Positions 35,755 through 49,629 of a stretch of DNA of 64,000 nt are shown piece after piece (the first letter of the stretch is position 1; every line of letters begins with the position of its first letter). The notes beneath the pieces were generated by a model that saw nothing but the letters and a program-made list of their open reading frames with translations, did not search any database and was not told where the DNA came from. The stretch is from Mobula hypostoma (Eukaryota), in NCBI RefSeq assembly GCF_963921235.1, contig NC_086100.1, positions 48,484,001 through 48,548,000 of the forward strand, in the 5' to 3' direction. The position numbers and the translations under genes were made by a program.

Positions 35755-38670
35755 CAAAGCCCTCCCCACCATTGCACACATTTACACGGAGCACTGCCAT
35801 AAGAAAACAGCATCAATCACCAAGAATTCCCACCATCCAGGCCATGCTCTGTTCTCACAACTGTCATCAGGCAGGAGGTACAGGAGCCTTAGGTCCCACA
35901 CCACCAGGCTCAGGAACAATTATCCTACAGTCATCAGGTTCCTGAACCACCCTAAATAACTACACTCACCACAACTTTGAAATGATTCTGCAACCTACAG
36001 AAATCACTTTCAAGTCTTCTGCAACTCATGTTCTCAGTATTACTTATTTTTTATTTGCATAATTTGTCCGGCTCAGTCGTGTCCTCGCAGACCAACATAC
36101 TGAGGATCTGCAAGTCCTTCTATGCCAGTCTGTATGATGAAAAGGCCACAGAATCCACAGCCTCCTGCAACTTCCTGTCGTCTATCACGCAGGTCTTAGA
36201 CGACGGCAAGCAGGAGAGTCTGGATCAGCCACTGACCCTAGATGAGCTGACAGGCTCCATCCGTTCCTTTGAGTCAAGTAAGACTCCCGGAAGCGACGGC
36301 TTACCGGCTGAGTTGTACTCGGCTCTGTGGAACTGGATGGGCCCTGACCTGCTGGAAGTGTACAACGCTATGCTTCTGGCCAGCAGCATGTCAGAGTCCA
36401 TGAGGAAGGGCATCATCACCCTCATCTACAAGCAGAAGGGGGAAAGGGAGGACATTAGAAATTGGAGCCCATCTCTCTCCTGAATGTGGACTACAAGATC
36501 CTGTCCAAGGCTATCGCCAACAGGGTCAAGTCTGCTCTAGGACAGGTGATCCACCCGGACAAAACCTGTGCTGTACCGGGCAGGAAGACCTCAGACAGCC
36601 TCGCGCTGCTGAGGGTCACCATGGCCTATGTGCAGGACAGGGGGGTGGACGCCTGCCTGGTCAACTTGGACCAGGAGAAAGCCTTCAACGGGATATTGCA
36701 CACGTACATGGCGGACGTGCTCTCCAAAATGGGATTTGGGGAAGGAATCCAGAATTGGATTAGACTGCTCTACACGGACATCCGTAGTGCAGTCCAGGTC
36801 AACGGGTGGGAAACAGATAGCTTTCCCATCAGGTCCGGAGTCAGGCAGGGCTGTCCCCTCTCCCCTGTCTTGTTTGTTGACCGCATAGATCCCTTTGCGG
36901 AAGCCATCAGGAGGGATGAGGGCATAAGAGGGGTGACGCTGCCAGGCAGTGGAGGGACCCAAATGAAAACCTTCCTGTACATGGACGACGTCACCGTCTT
37001 CTGCTCTGATCCAAGATCAGTTCGCAGGTTGATTGACATCTGCAAACAGTTCGAGCTAGCGTCAGGGGCCAGGATCAACCGCACGAAGAACGAAGCCATG
37101 CTTTTCGGCAACTGGCCCGACCGATCCAGTGTCTCCTTCACCATCAGGTCTGACCACATGAAGGTGTTGGGGATCTGGTTCGGAGGGGCCGAGGCGTGCA
37201 ACAAGAACTGGCAGGAGCGGACTGCCAAGGTGAAACAGAAACTGGGACTGTAGGGAGGAGGCTCCCTGTTGATGATGGGCAAGAACCTGATCATCAGGTG
37301 TGAGGTGCTCTCAGGGCTGCTGTACTTGGCGCAAGTGTGGCCTGTCCCCCACTCCTACAGCTCGGAAATCACCCGAGCTGTCTTCAGATTCGTCTGGGGA
37401 TCCAAGATGGAGCGGGTGAGACGGATTGTCATGCACAAGTCCCTGGACAATGGGGGCAAGAACGTCCCCAATATCGCCCTCAGACTGATGGCCAGCTTCG
37501 TGTGTGGCTGCATCAAGTTGTGTGTAGAACCAGGGTATGTGGGCACCAAGTACCACTATCTGCCCAGGTTCTACCTGTCGCCCTGGTTACGAAGGATGGG
37601 TCTGGCTCCACTCCCGCGCAACCCCCCAGTCAGCTGGTCATTGCCGCCATACCCGTCCTTCGTAGAAGAGTTCTTCCAGGAGAACGCCTTTGACCACAGG
37701 GCCATCAGGCAGTGGTCAGCACATAATGTCCTGCAGGCACTGCAGGAGAAGGATGTGATGGACATAGTGGCGTGGTTCCCTGAGCAGACAGTCCAGTTCA
37801 TCTGGCAAAATGCCTCATCGCCAGATCTCACCAACAGGAACCAGGACCTTGCCTGGCTGGCAGTGAGAGGGGCCCTCCCAGTCAGATACCTCCTGTACGC
37901 CCGGAATGTCGTCTCCGCACCCCACTGCCCACGGAAGGACTGCAGCGAGGAGGAGTCTGTGACCCACCTCTTTGCACACTGTCAGTTCGCAGAGAGGGTG
38001 TGGAGGAGGATGGACGGGCTAGTGTCACATTTCATCCCCAGCAGCTGCGTAACAGAGGACTCTCTGATCTACGGGCTGTTCCCAGGGACACACACAGAGC
38101 CCAACATCCGGTGCTGCTGGCAGATCATCAACTCGGTGAAGGATGCTCTTTGGTCAGCCTGAAACTTGATGATCTACCAGCACATGGAGATGTCCGCGGC
38201 AGAATGCTGCCGACTGGCACATTCTCAGCTGCAGGAGTACGCACTGAGGGACGCACTGAAACTTGGTGCAGCCACCGCAAGGGCCTGGTGGGGAAGGACC
38301 ACGGTATAGGTTTCTTCGCCCGCGGGAGTGGGAGGGGTCGGGTGGCGGGTAGTATACCCCTCAACAATGATGTGGTAAGGTGAACAACTGGAGTGCCACG
38401 TGGGTGGCCATAAGTATGGATATGTACAGCCTATGATGGAAACATATGTAAAGGATGGAAAGTTATTGAGTGGTTTATTGTATATAATTTTATTTTTGAA
38501 TAAAGTTTATTTTGAAATAAAAAAAATTGTCCTCTTTTGCACATTGTTTGTCAATACTTATGCATAGTTTTTTCCATAAATTCTATTGTATTTCATTATT
38601 TTCCTGTAAATGCCTGCAAGAAAATAAATCTCAATGTATATATGGTAACATATATGCACTTTGATAATAG
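35755..38670 (+). mobile_element. Rex1-like 3' end (35755-36063, 38527-38670) split by a Tx1 insertion
   Basis: KKTASITKNSHHPGHALFSQLSSGRRYRSL; the 3'UTR resumes after the Tx1 poly(A). Confidence 0.7.
36070..38526 (+). mobile_element. Tx1/L1-clade LINE, 5'-truncated ORF2 (RT + zinc finger), disrupted
   Basis: KTPGSDGLPAE, PISLLNVDYKIL, LDQEKAF, GVRQGCPLSP, YMDD, CPR..C..ESVTHLF..C; AATAAA + poly(A) at 38499-38526; TSD TTGTCC (36064-36069, 38527-38532). Confidence 0.92.
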
Positions 38671-39584
38671 TCTTATAGCCACGTAAGAGGTGCTTATATT
38701 AAAAAAAATCAGGAGTGCCAATTCTGGTTTAACATACCACTGAAGATTTGTTCAGATTACAAATCCTCATTTGCACAATTTATATTATTTGTATTTCCCA
38801 CTACTACTAATCTTCATCTCCACCCCACATGATATTTGCAAATTAAAGAATATAATTGAAATGATTTTAAGGGGAATAGCATTTAAGTCATCCTGTTATC
38901 TTTCTACAATTTCAAGTCCAAGAAAAATGCTTGAGTATAATACTGCAATAATATTCACAGGAGTATTTTTAATGAACATTTTTGTTAAATTTTGTTACTT
39001 ATTCCAAAATTCTAAAACAAACTCAAGGCAAGTTCAATTCCCTAACACCCCACACTACCACGAAACCCAGCTGCAGAAAGGGGAGGCTCAAAACTCAGAT
39101 GAGGCTCAATCTTCAGACAGCAACATTAAAGCAACCACATTCCCATAAAATACCTAATGCAATTGTTCATAACAGAACAGCATGAATTCTCCTTCCCTCC
39201 CCAGTTGTTTAGTACCTATCTTCCACAGAATGCTCAAAAATACCCTCAAGCTCATCATCTCCACATCAAGCATCACTTCAACAGTAAACCTAGTATGCAT
39301 CTCACATCCCAAACAGTACAACTCTCTGCTTCCCCCATCCACCCTACCAATTCTCCGGTCTCCCCACCTACATTTTGAGGTGATCTAGTGCAGCCAATTG
39401 GCACTTACCAATATACCAACTGGCACTTGTTTTTAGCATGTGGAAGAAAACCAGAATAGTAAGCACAAAGGTCAATAGGGAGCATGGGGTGGGGAGGAGG
39501 GGAGTCAATGGGTCATAGATTCAAGGTAATTGAGTAACTGGTACTTAAAAGGGCATTGAAGTTTTTTTCCAATCATACACTGTA

Positions 39585-41343
39585 ATCTAGAGACAAAGAT
39601 CAAGGAGGTTGATGTTTTCCTGTACCAGAAAACCAGATATGATTTGCGGAGGGCTATTTCAAGGGTGAAAGGACAATTTTGAATGAGGGTGGAGGCAACA
39701 TCGGATGCACGGTGACTCTGGCAGGCCCTGCAAGACATTACTTCGTACAAAGCAAAACCCAATAGCATGAATGGCAGCAATGCTTCACTACCAGATGAAC
39801 TCAATGCCTTCTATGCCCGCTTTGAAAGAGAGAACAGAATTACGGCTGTGAAGATCCCTGCTGCATCTGATGACCCTGTGATCTCTGTCTTAGAGGCCGA
39901 TGTTAGACTGTCTTTAAAGAAAGTGAACCCTCGCAAGGCAGAAGGTCCAGATGGATTACCCGCTGTGGCTCTGAAAACCTGTGCCAACCAACTGGCGGGA
40001 GTATTCAAGGACATTTTCAACCTCTCACTGCTACGGCAGAAGTCCCCACTTACTTCAAAAAGGCAACAATTATACCAGTGCCTAAGAAGAATAATGTGGG
40101 CTGCCTTAATGTTTATTGCCTGGTAGCACTACAGTGATGAAATGCTTTGAGAGGTTGGTCATGACTAGACTCAACTCCTGCCTCATCAAGGACCTGGACC
40201 CGTTGCAATTTGCCTGTCCTAACAGTAGGTCAACGGCAGACGTAATCTCAATGGCTCTCCACATGGCTTTAGACCACCTGGACAACATAAACACCGATGT
40301 CAGGATGCTGTTCATCAACTATAGCTATTTAATGTCATATTCTCCTCGTTGACTATCAACACTGGCGCACCTCAGGGGTGTGTGCTTAGCCCACTGCTCT
40401 ACTATCTACAAAGTATATACAAATGACTGTGTGGCTAAGCATAGCTCAGATTTGCTGACAATACAACCATTGTTGGTAGAATCTCAGGTGGTGACGAGAG
40501 GGCGTACAGGAGCGATATATGCCAACTAGTGGAATGGTGCTGCAGCAACAACCTGGCACTCAACATCTGTAAGACGAAAGAGCTGATTGTGGACTTCAGG
40601 AAGGGTAAAACAAAGGAACACATACCAATCCTCACAGAGGGAGCAGAAGTGGAGAGAGTGACCAATTTCAAGTTCCTGGGTGTCAAGATCTCTGAGGATC
40701 TAACCTGGTCCCAACATATCGATGTAGTTACAAAGAAGGCAAGACAGTGGCTATACGTTATTAGGAATTTGAAGTGATTTGGCATGTCAACAAATACACT
40801 CAAAAATAGATGCACTGTGGAGAGCATTCTGACAGGCTGCATCACTGTCTGTTATGGGGGGGAGGGGGGGCTACTGCACAGGACCGAAAGAAGCTGCAGA
40901 GGGTTGTAAATTTAGTCAGCTCCATCTTGATTACTAGCCTACGAAGTACCCAGGACATCTTCAAGGAGCAGTGTCTCAGAAAGGCAGCGTCCATTATTAA
41001 GGACCTCCAGGACCCAGGGCATGCCCCTTTCTCACTGTTACCATCAGGTAGGAGGTACAGAAGCCTGAAGGCTCACACTCAGCAATTCAGGAACAGCCTT
41101 TTCCCCTCTGTTATCCAATTCTAAATGGACATTGAACCCTTGGACACTACCTCACTTTTTTTTAAATAAACAGTGTTCCTGTTTCTTGCACGTTTTTTAA
41201 AATCTATTCAATATACGTATACTGTAATTGATTTACTTTATTATTTTTCTCTGTTCTAGAGTATGTATTGCATTGAACTGCTGCTACTAAGTTAACAAAT
41301 TTCTCTTCATAAACCTGATAATAAACCTGATTCTGATTCTGAC
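39585..41343 (+). mobile_element. Rex1/Babar-like LINE, ORF2 3' half with internal deletions
   Basis: [58 protein letters not shown]; tail AATAAACCTGATTCTGATTCTGA. Confidence 0.9.
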
Positions 41344-42254
41344 TAAGCAACTTTTTTCGACCAAATATGCTCATTTGATGTCATTAGTTTCTATAATTCT
41401 AAATTAAGTTTTCCTCCCTCCATCCCTATATACAGTAGCTTTCTGCTCTCAGTTGCTATAATCCCTTTACCCCTTCTCATTTTTTGCTTTCTCCCAAGTT
41501 TATTGACTCTTCCTTCCTCTTTCTCAAGTGCTTCCGTATCCTGTTCCCAATTTCTATGCTCCGCCAACTTAATTATTCTATCCTCACTCCCATTTTCAGG
41601 TTGGCTTGCTATTTGTGTTTTCTCCATGCCTCTCTCAGGTTATCTTCCTCTACAACAAGCATGTTTTGTTTTGCTCTCCTTTCCTCCATCCCCAGGGTGT
41701 TCAGCCCTCTCAGAATTTTTGTTGTTTGCTTTCCTTTTCTCTCCTGTTTTTTCCTCCCTAGCTGCTTAGTGTTGATAGACACATCAGATGATTTTCAGCA
41801 TTGCCACTGCTATTATTCCCACCATCAGCAATGAATGCTTGTGAATTGCAGAGCAACAGTGGGGATCCAAGCAAGCCACGACAGCCACAGCAGAGCAGAG
41901 TACGTACGCGAACTACATGCATGTGTGTTGCAGCAGAGACCCTTGCTCCTGGAAGGTTAGGGAATCCCACTAAACCTCCAGAGCAGTACAGCAGCCCAGA
42001 ACGCTGTGCCAACCTATATAAACTTACTCCATGATCAATCTAACTTCTCCCTCTCACGCAGCCATAACTTCCCATTTTTCTTTCATCTATGTGCCTATCT
42101 AAATGTGTCAGCCACAACCACCACACCTGGCAGTGCATTCCAGCCACATCACTCTCTACGTAAAAATCGTATCTCTAACGTCTCCCGTAAACTTACTCCA
42201 CGAACCTTAAAACCTTAAAGGTAGCTATTGCCGCCTTGGGAAAAAGGCACTGAC

Positions 42255-42970
42255 TGTCCTTGCAAGAATGCTGCTGACTGGCACACTCCAGGCTGCAAGA
42301 GTGCATGCTGTAAAATGCACTGAAAACTGCTGCACCACTCTAAGGGCTCAGTGGGGAAATACCACAGAACAGGGTTCTTCTCCTACTGGAGCGGGAGGGA
42401 TAAGAAGCCCCCCAATTATTCTAGTCTTTAGTATTACATCCCAGAGTGCCACGAGTGGCAACAACGCTATTAATGTGCATGAATGTACTAGAACTGAGGG
42501 GAAATGTTTGACCATATATGTAAAGAATGAAAAGGCATTGAACAGTTTATAATACTTTTATAATGAATGGTTTATTATGTTTAAAAAAACAAGCGTATTG
42601 AAACTTGTTGGTTTATCAGCACATCAAGGTGTCTGTGGAAGAATACTGCTGGCTGGCACATTCCAGGTTGCAGGAGCATATGCTGAGGGATTCACTGAAG
42701 CACTGAACGAGCTCAGTTGGGGGAGGACCAGGACAATGGGGGTCTTCCCCTGCTGGAGAGCAAGGGACCAGGTGGTGGTGGGGGGGGGGGAGAACCCCTC
42801 AGTTATTGTAGTAGTTATGATACCATCCCATGAGTGTCAGGAATGCTATCAATGTGTATGAATGTAATAGAACAGTGAACAGTAGGGAAATCATTCGCCA
42901 CACATGTAAAGAATGAAAAGGCATTGAATGGCTTATTAGTGTAAATACTTTTATGAATATTTATTTTGTT
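42255..42970 (+). repeat. Two tandem degenerate Tx1 3'-end fragments (~42255-42575, ~42630-42970)
   Basis: Both begin GAAT(G/A)CTGCTG.CTGGCACA..CCAGG.TGCA.GAG, like 38202-38240, and share GTAAAGAATGAAAAGGCATTGAA. Confidence 0.7.
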
Positions 42971-42984
42971 TCATTAGAAAAATA

Positions 42985-43585
42985 CACCTCTATCAAGTCA
43001 CTTCTCATGCTCTGTCATAATACTTTGTGTACTCTAAATAGTTTTGTGGAGCTGCAACATTACATCACGACCAATGAACTCAAACCCCTAATGAAGGCCT
43101 AAATATATCTTCTTAATTACCTTATCAACTTGCGCTGTAACTTTGAGAGGTCTGTGGACTTGAACCCAAGATCTCTCTGTCACTCCACACTGCTAGGAAT
43201 CCTACTATTACCTATGTAGGCTGCCTTCAGGTCTGAGCTTGCAAAGTATATCACTTCAAACTTTTCTGGATTGAATTCCATCGCCGCTTCTCCACCCAAA
43301 TCTGCACCCTATGTCCCACCACAACCTTCTACACTATCTACACCACCACCAGCCTTTGTGTCATCTGCAAACCCATTAACCTACCTTCCACTTCTTCAAA
43401 TCATTCATAAAAATCACGAAGAGCAGGGTCCAAATACAGGTCCCTGCAGAACACCACAAGTCACTGGCCTCAAGGCAGAACATGCTCATCTACTATCACT
43501 CGATGCCTTGCATGGGTAAACCAATACCAAATCCACACAGCCAAGTTTCCGTGACCCTATGCCTCATGACTTTGTGGATGAATCT
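42985..43585 (-). mobile_element. Degenerate CR1 RT fragment
   Basis: Reverse complement of QGPVFGPCSS..KFADDTKAGG region. Confidence 0.6.
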
Positions 43586-44994
43586 GTAAACTGCAAGCTA
43601 CATACTCTCATCAGGAATAGTTTTTGAAATTGTTGAAAATTTTATTGAGCATTTATGAAAATGACCTGGGGAATCTCTAAGTAACTTAATAAGCTCATTA
43701 CCTTCATCAAGATACACTAATGCTATGTTAAATGTTGACGTGTTTTCTCTGTAAGTCATAACTACAGAATAAGCAGTCAATGATAATTTAGAAGAACTTC
43801 TCCTCCAAATGCCTAGAGTTTGTGAAATTCTACACCCCAGAGAAGATGGAGTCACTAAGTATATTCATACTTTGGTAATCTTGGAATCAAAGTTTATGGT
43901 AACTGGCAAAAAGCATCAAGAGTAAAATCAGATCAAGGCTGATTAAAATTGATGGTGGAGCAGGGCTGAACGGCCATGTGACCAACCCGGCCTCTATTTC
44001 TTATGCTTTAGAAAGATATTCTTAGGTAGTTACTCTTCCCTAACTACTCTGCAGGGCATGGTTGTTTTTACAATGATACAATCTTTAATTAGGCCTGGAA
44101 TTGTTCCCTTTAAAGTTACAAATATGTGGCATCATCAACTGCACTTATTTTTCTCCGGCTGAGTAATAATTTTATGGGGAAAGTAAAGTAATTTATTCCC
44201 ATTTCAAAGAACTAATGTCAAGTAAGAAAAAAAATCCCAAGCTAAACACTACCTGAGGGATTTCTTAAGAATATTGATATTCTGATCAAAAATACATTGC
44301 ACAATTACTCGGACTTGATAGATCAAAACCTTGCTGTAGGATGATTAGGAATCTGAGAGGTTTGGCCCTCTCATTCAAAATAACAAAAGCAATTACTACT
44401 CATTGCTCTGGAAATCTTACAGCCTTATACACTTATATGGTGATGCAGACTGAAATTAGGAAGGAAGTAAACCAGACTTAATCATGAGAATTATAGATAA
44501 AATCTCACTGGCTAAAAGAACAAGGATCACATTCTTATTTTATCACCACGTGTAGGAATAAGAGCAGTAAGGGCTAGATTGTAATTAGTTTTGATCTGTG
44601 CAAAATGTTATTCAGCATAACACTATATTTAATATTCTTAGTGATAGCTTCTCTTAACTAATTATCCTATGGAGTTTTTTTTTCCGATACAATCTTTGAT
44701 AGGCCTGGAATCGTTCCTTTAGAGCTACAAATATGTGGCATCATCAATTGCACTTGCTGTAAAGACAAAACTTTAAATGCAACATCTACGATTCTATCAG
44801 GATTAATTTACAAAACCTACAAAATATGTAGTTATATGTAAAGTGCAATTGAAGTTTTTTTTTAACTTGAGGGAATAGCTGTCAAATTCAAAATAGCTCA
44901 TTGTATTAAATTTCTTACCGTGACTATCTAAAACTATGACTGCAAATTGTATTAACTTCTTACAATCAATCCAGGAATGATTAGGTGGATTAGT

Positions 44995-45400
44995 TGGCAT
45001 ATGCTATGAGGCTGGACAAACTTGGGATGGCTTCTCTGAAGTGGCACAGGCTGAAGGGAGACCTGACAGAAGTTGACAGCTGATATCTTTGCCCAGCGTT
45101 AAAATGTCTAAGTTCACAGATGGTGTGTGGGGCATAGATTTTTTTTATACAGAGAAACAGTGGATGCCTGGAATGTGTTACCTCATGGTGGTAGTGAAGG
45201 TGAACATGATGGAGGCATGTAAGAGGCTCTTAAGAGATGTACATTAACGTGCAGAGAGTGGAGTGATATGATGAATGTGTACAGAGAATATCCATTCCCT
45301 CCACTGTCTAGGCAGAAGTGATCAGTTCAGTTAGGCATTTAATTACTAGTTTAATTGGTTCAGCATATTGTGGGCATAAGGGTCTGATTTATGTTCTAAA
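44995..45400 (+). mobile_element. Degenerate CR1 3' end
   Basis: GGCTGAAGGGAGACCTGACAGAAGT and GCCTGGAATG..GGTGGTAG motifs. Confidence 0.55.
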
Positions 45401-45849
45401 TCCCTGACTTCTGGGGAAAAAAAATTTAACCAACAATTCAGATAAATTTGCTCTTGCTGGTGATATGTCATGAATGATTATTAAAAACGTTTTGACCATT
45501 TCAGTAAATTTGAAACTCATTTTACTATATTCATTGTCTCAATTGAAAATTGTGCATTTGAGCCTAATCATCTGACGAGTACAGGATTACTTAATTGATC
45601 CAAGTTGCATTTTTGTCATTTGCACTAAATACATGTATGCACAGGCGCAATGAAAAGCTTACGTGCAGCAATATCTAGATTCCATTTTTAAAATGTTACA
45701 CCTTTGCTAGTATATTACCAGCTAAAATTAAAATCAAATGCTTTTCTAATGCAAAGATACTGTACGTTGGCAAGTAAAAGACTAATACCAATAGGTCTCC
45801 AATCAATGGACTTCTGTTCATATTTAATTCCCAGGGTTAGTCAGTGGCT

Positions 45850-46050
45850 GTTTTATACATCAGGACTCTGGTATCAAACCTACAAACAATATAGCTGACC
45901 CTATAGAGCCCAATGAGTGCTATTAGGGACTCGATACTGGGCATTCTGACCCCGGGTGAGGATTCTGACATTATTTCATATCCTTCCACTTCCACTGAAT
46001 TTTGATGTCTTGCAATCGTGGTGGAATCTCTCCAGTTCGTCAAGATATCT
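45850..46050 (-). mobile_element. Ancient RTE fragment
   Basis: RYLDELERFHHDC and MPSIESLI motifs of the RTE C-terminal region. Confidence 0.45.
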
Positions 46051-46364
46051 GCTGCAAGCAACCCAAAATTCAAACATCTTTAACAGAAAGGGATCATTAG
46101 TGTCCACTAGGGTATGTGTTGCTAGCTAATGGGTTTGAGATCTTGATCTTCACAATTTTTCTCACTCAGCCCAAGACTGTGCCGAGTTGTTAAAGTTCAA
46201 AGAAAATTTATTATCAAAGTATCTATATGATCACCATATGCTACTTTAAGGCTCATTTTTGCAGGCACTTACAGGAAAATAAAAAGGTGAAATAGAATTT
46301 GTGAAAAACTATGCTTAACAAAGACTGACAAACATCCAATATGTAAAAGACAAATCATGCATTT

Positions 46365-47650
46365 GAACATAAGAAACAGGAGCAGGAGTAGGCCATCCAG
46401 CCCATCGAGCCTGCCCCACCATTCAATAAGATCATGGCTGATCTGTCCGTAAACTCAGCTCCATCTACCTGCCTTTTCCTCATAACCCTTAATTCCTTTA
46501 CTATCTAAAAACCTACCTGTTTCTTAAATATATTTAGTGAGGAAGCCTCAACTGCTTCCCTGGGCAGAGAATTCCTCAGATTCACCACTCTCTGGGAAAA
46601 AATTTCTCACCTCCGTCCTAAATCTTCTCCCCTGAACCTTGAGGCAATGTCCACTAGTTCTAGTCTCACCTACCAATGGAAACAACTTCCCTACTTCTCT
46701 TATCTATCCCTTTCAAAATTTTGTATGTTTCTATAAGATCCCCTCTCATTCTTCTGAACTCCAGACAGTATAGTCCCAGGCAACTCAATCTCTCCTCATA
46801 GGTTAACCCCTTCATCCCTGGAATCAACCTGGTGAACCTCCTCTGCACTGCCTCCAAAGCCAGTACATCTTTCCCCAAGTATGGAGACCAGAACTGCACA
46901 CAGTACTCCAGGTGTGGCCTCAGCAGTACCCTGAAAGATGCAGCATGACCCCCCCCCCCCCACCATTCTTGAATTTAATCCCTCTAGCAATGAAGGCCAA
47001 CATTCCGTTTGCCTTCTTAATACCCTGTTGTACCTGCAAGCCAACTTTTTGTCATTCATGTACAAGCACTCCCAAGTCCCTCTGCACAACAGCATGCTGC
47101 AATCTTTCACCATTTAAATAATAATCTGCTCTTCTATTATCCCTTCCAAAGTGGATGATCTCGCAATTACCAACATTGTATTCCATCTGCCAGACCTTGG
47201 CCCACTCACTTAACCTATCTATATCCCTCTGCAGACTCTCCACATGCTCTGTACAATTTGCTTTTCCACTCAGTTTAGTGTCATCAGCAAATTTTACTAT
47301 GCTACACTCAGTCCCCTCTTCCAAATCATCAATGTAAATGGTAAACAGCTGCGGGCCTTGAACCAACCCCTGCGGCACCCAACTCACCACTGACTGCTGA
47401 CTGGAGAAACACCCATTTATACTAACTCTCTGCCTCCTATCGGTTAACCAATCCACTATCCATGCCAATACATTTCCCCCTACTCCATGCATCCATACCT
47501 TAATTATAAGTCTCATGCCACACCTTATCACACGCCTTCTGGAAATCCAAGTATACGACATCCACCTGTTCCCCTCTATCCACTGCACTCATTATGTCCT
47601 CAAAGAACTCCACTAAGTTTGTCAGACAGGACCGGTCCTTTCTGAATCCA
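46365..47650 (-). mobile_element. CR1 LINE RT-to-3' end, nested in a Rex1-like element (46190-46361, 47650-48150)
   Basis: ORFs with VPQGLVQGPQLF..KFADDTKL and QFWSPYL.KDVLALEAVQRRFTRLIPG; CATGCA repeated at both junctions. Confidence 0.9.
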
Positions 47651-48150
47651 TGCAAATAATAAATTTTTTTTTAAAAATACCAAGATGTATTATTCTTGAA
47701 AGTGAGTCTATGTGGTGGAGTCAGCTCAGCATTCAGGTGAATGAAGTTATCCACTCTGGTTCAGGGGCCTGATGGTCATAGGGCATCCCGAACCTGGTGG
47801 TGTGGGACCCGAGGCTCCTTGGACCCCCTGTCCCTGATGTAGGTAGTGAGAAGAAAGCACAGCCTGGATGATGGCAATCTGCGATGAGAAATGCTGTTTT
47901 CTTGTGGCAGCACTCCTTGCAAATGTGCTCAACACTGGGGAGTGCTTTGCCCATGACGGACCGAGCTGTACCCCCTATTTTTGTAGGCTTTTCTGTTCCT
48001 GGGTATTGGTATTTCCATACCAGGCTGTGATGAGGATACTCTTCACCATGCAGCTATAAAAATCTGTCAAAGCTTTAGAAGACATGCCAAATCTACAACA
48101 TCAAAGAAAGTAGAGGCGCTGCCATGTCTTCTTTGTGATGGCACTTACAA
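47650..48150 (-). mobile_element. Rex1/Babar-like 3' portion
   Basis: GKALPSVEHI..CCHKKTA..HHPG..FSLP.SG. Confidence 0.75.
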
Positions 48151-48479
48151 TATCCTTGATGAGATTGATGGACATTGTCTGCCATTTGCTGAGACACAGC
48201 TAGAAATAAGAAAATTATCCCATACTTGGTACTCTGTCACAGGAAGAGATTCGAGTTACTGAAGGAAGCAAAGAAATTAAGGATGTTCTCAAATCCTGCT
48301 TGCTTAAAGTTCTACTTTTCCAGATTCCGAAGAATCCAGGCCATTACCAAGCCCTCCCTGAAAACTCCATAGAGGACACAGAGCACAAGAGGTGCCTCCT
48401 TCACAAACCAACCAATCACCTACCTCAGCAACCAACATCACCAACCCCCCCACCCCCACCCCCACCCCAACCCGCAACA

Positions 48480-48642
48480 CCTGAACAATTAACCTACTCA
48501 TCAGATCTTTGGACTGCGGGAAGAAACCACAACACCCAGAGGAAACCCATTCGCAATCGGGAAGAATGTACACATGCCAGAATTGAACTCCAACACCCCG
48601 AGCTGTAATATCATCGCACTAACCACTAAGCAACTGTGACAC
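48480..48642 (-). mobile_element. V-SINE, degenerate
   Basis: GGAAGAAACCACAACACCCAGAGGAAACCCA and ATTGAACTC (B box, reverse complement). Confidence 0.6.
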
Positions 48643-49629
48643 CCTTACAGTTAGTACAAACTAATGTTGCACTTTGATTTGATGATTAAGACTTCAATAG
48701 ATGTATGGATACTGCTGGATTTAACATGCTGAATGTTATTCAGGTTTGAACAATTTCAAATGGCATCACTGGGTTAAGATGGTGGGATAAGAAAGACAGT
48801 AGCAAAACAAATGGACCATGGCTACTTCCAGTAACATTCCAGTGATTGCTTCACTGAACACCATGTTCAAACACCTGCATTATTAAGCAGTCAGGTTAAA
48901 AATGTATGTTTATGCATTTCTGACACAAGGAGCCACATTCATTTCTGTGGAATTAAATTTTTCAAGCTGGGGAGCTCTAATTTGTAAATAAAATATATAA
49001 TGTTGCCAGAAGAAAGGTATACCAACGAGCTGTTCAAGCTATTCAGGAAAAATGTTTCTGCATTTGCCTTCCTTGGCTAGAAAATAGTGATTTGAAAGGT
49101 TCTAAAATAACTCTTAGATTTGTGTATAGTACGTGGTCGTTCATTTCCATTATTGCTATCAGTGAATACCATTGCTTATTTATATATAGTATGGCCAAAA
49201 TACAAAATGCATGTAAGTCAAACAAGGCGCAGTTGTGACAATGAAACTAGAAATATTACTTCAGCTTATCTGAATACCACAAAGTACTTCAAGAACATAC
49301 TGTGGAAGGTTTTATATCCTCATTAGGAGAAAGAGAAGCTTGAAATTAATCTCTCATCCAAAGAATACCACATCTGGAGCAAAAATCAAGCTTTCGTCAT
49401 TGGAGTGACTTGAACCCATAACCCACGACTCAGAGGTGACAATGTTACATGGAATACAGGTGAAAATGAACTTTTTTTTATTTTAAAAATTGCCCTACAG
49501 TAAGTGAAATAATTGATTTAAAAACTACATACTACAATCCTGAACAATTACACTGAATTCCTAACCGTATTTCTACTTGTAAACCACATATAATAAGAAA
49601 TATTCCAGTAAAACATTAATAAATGCAAT

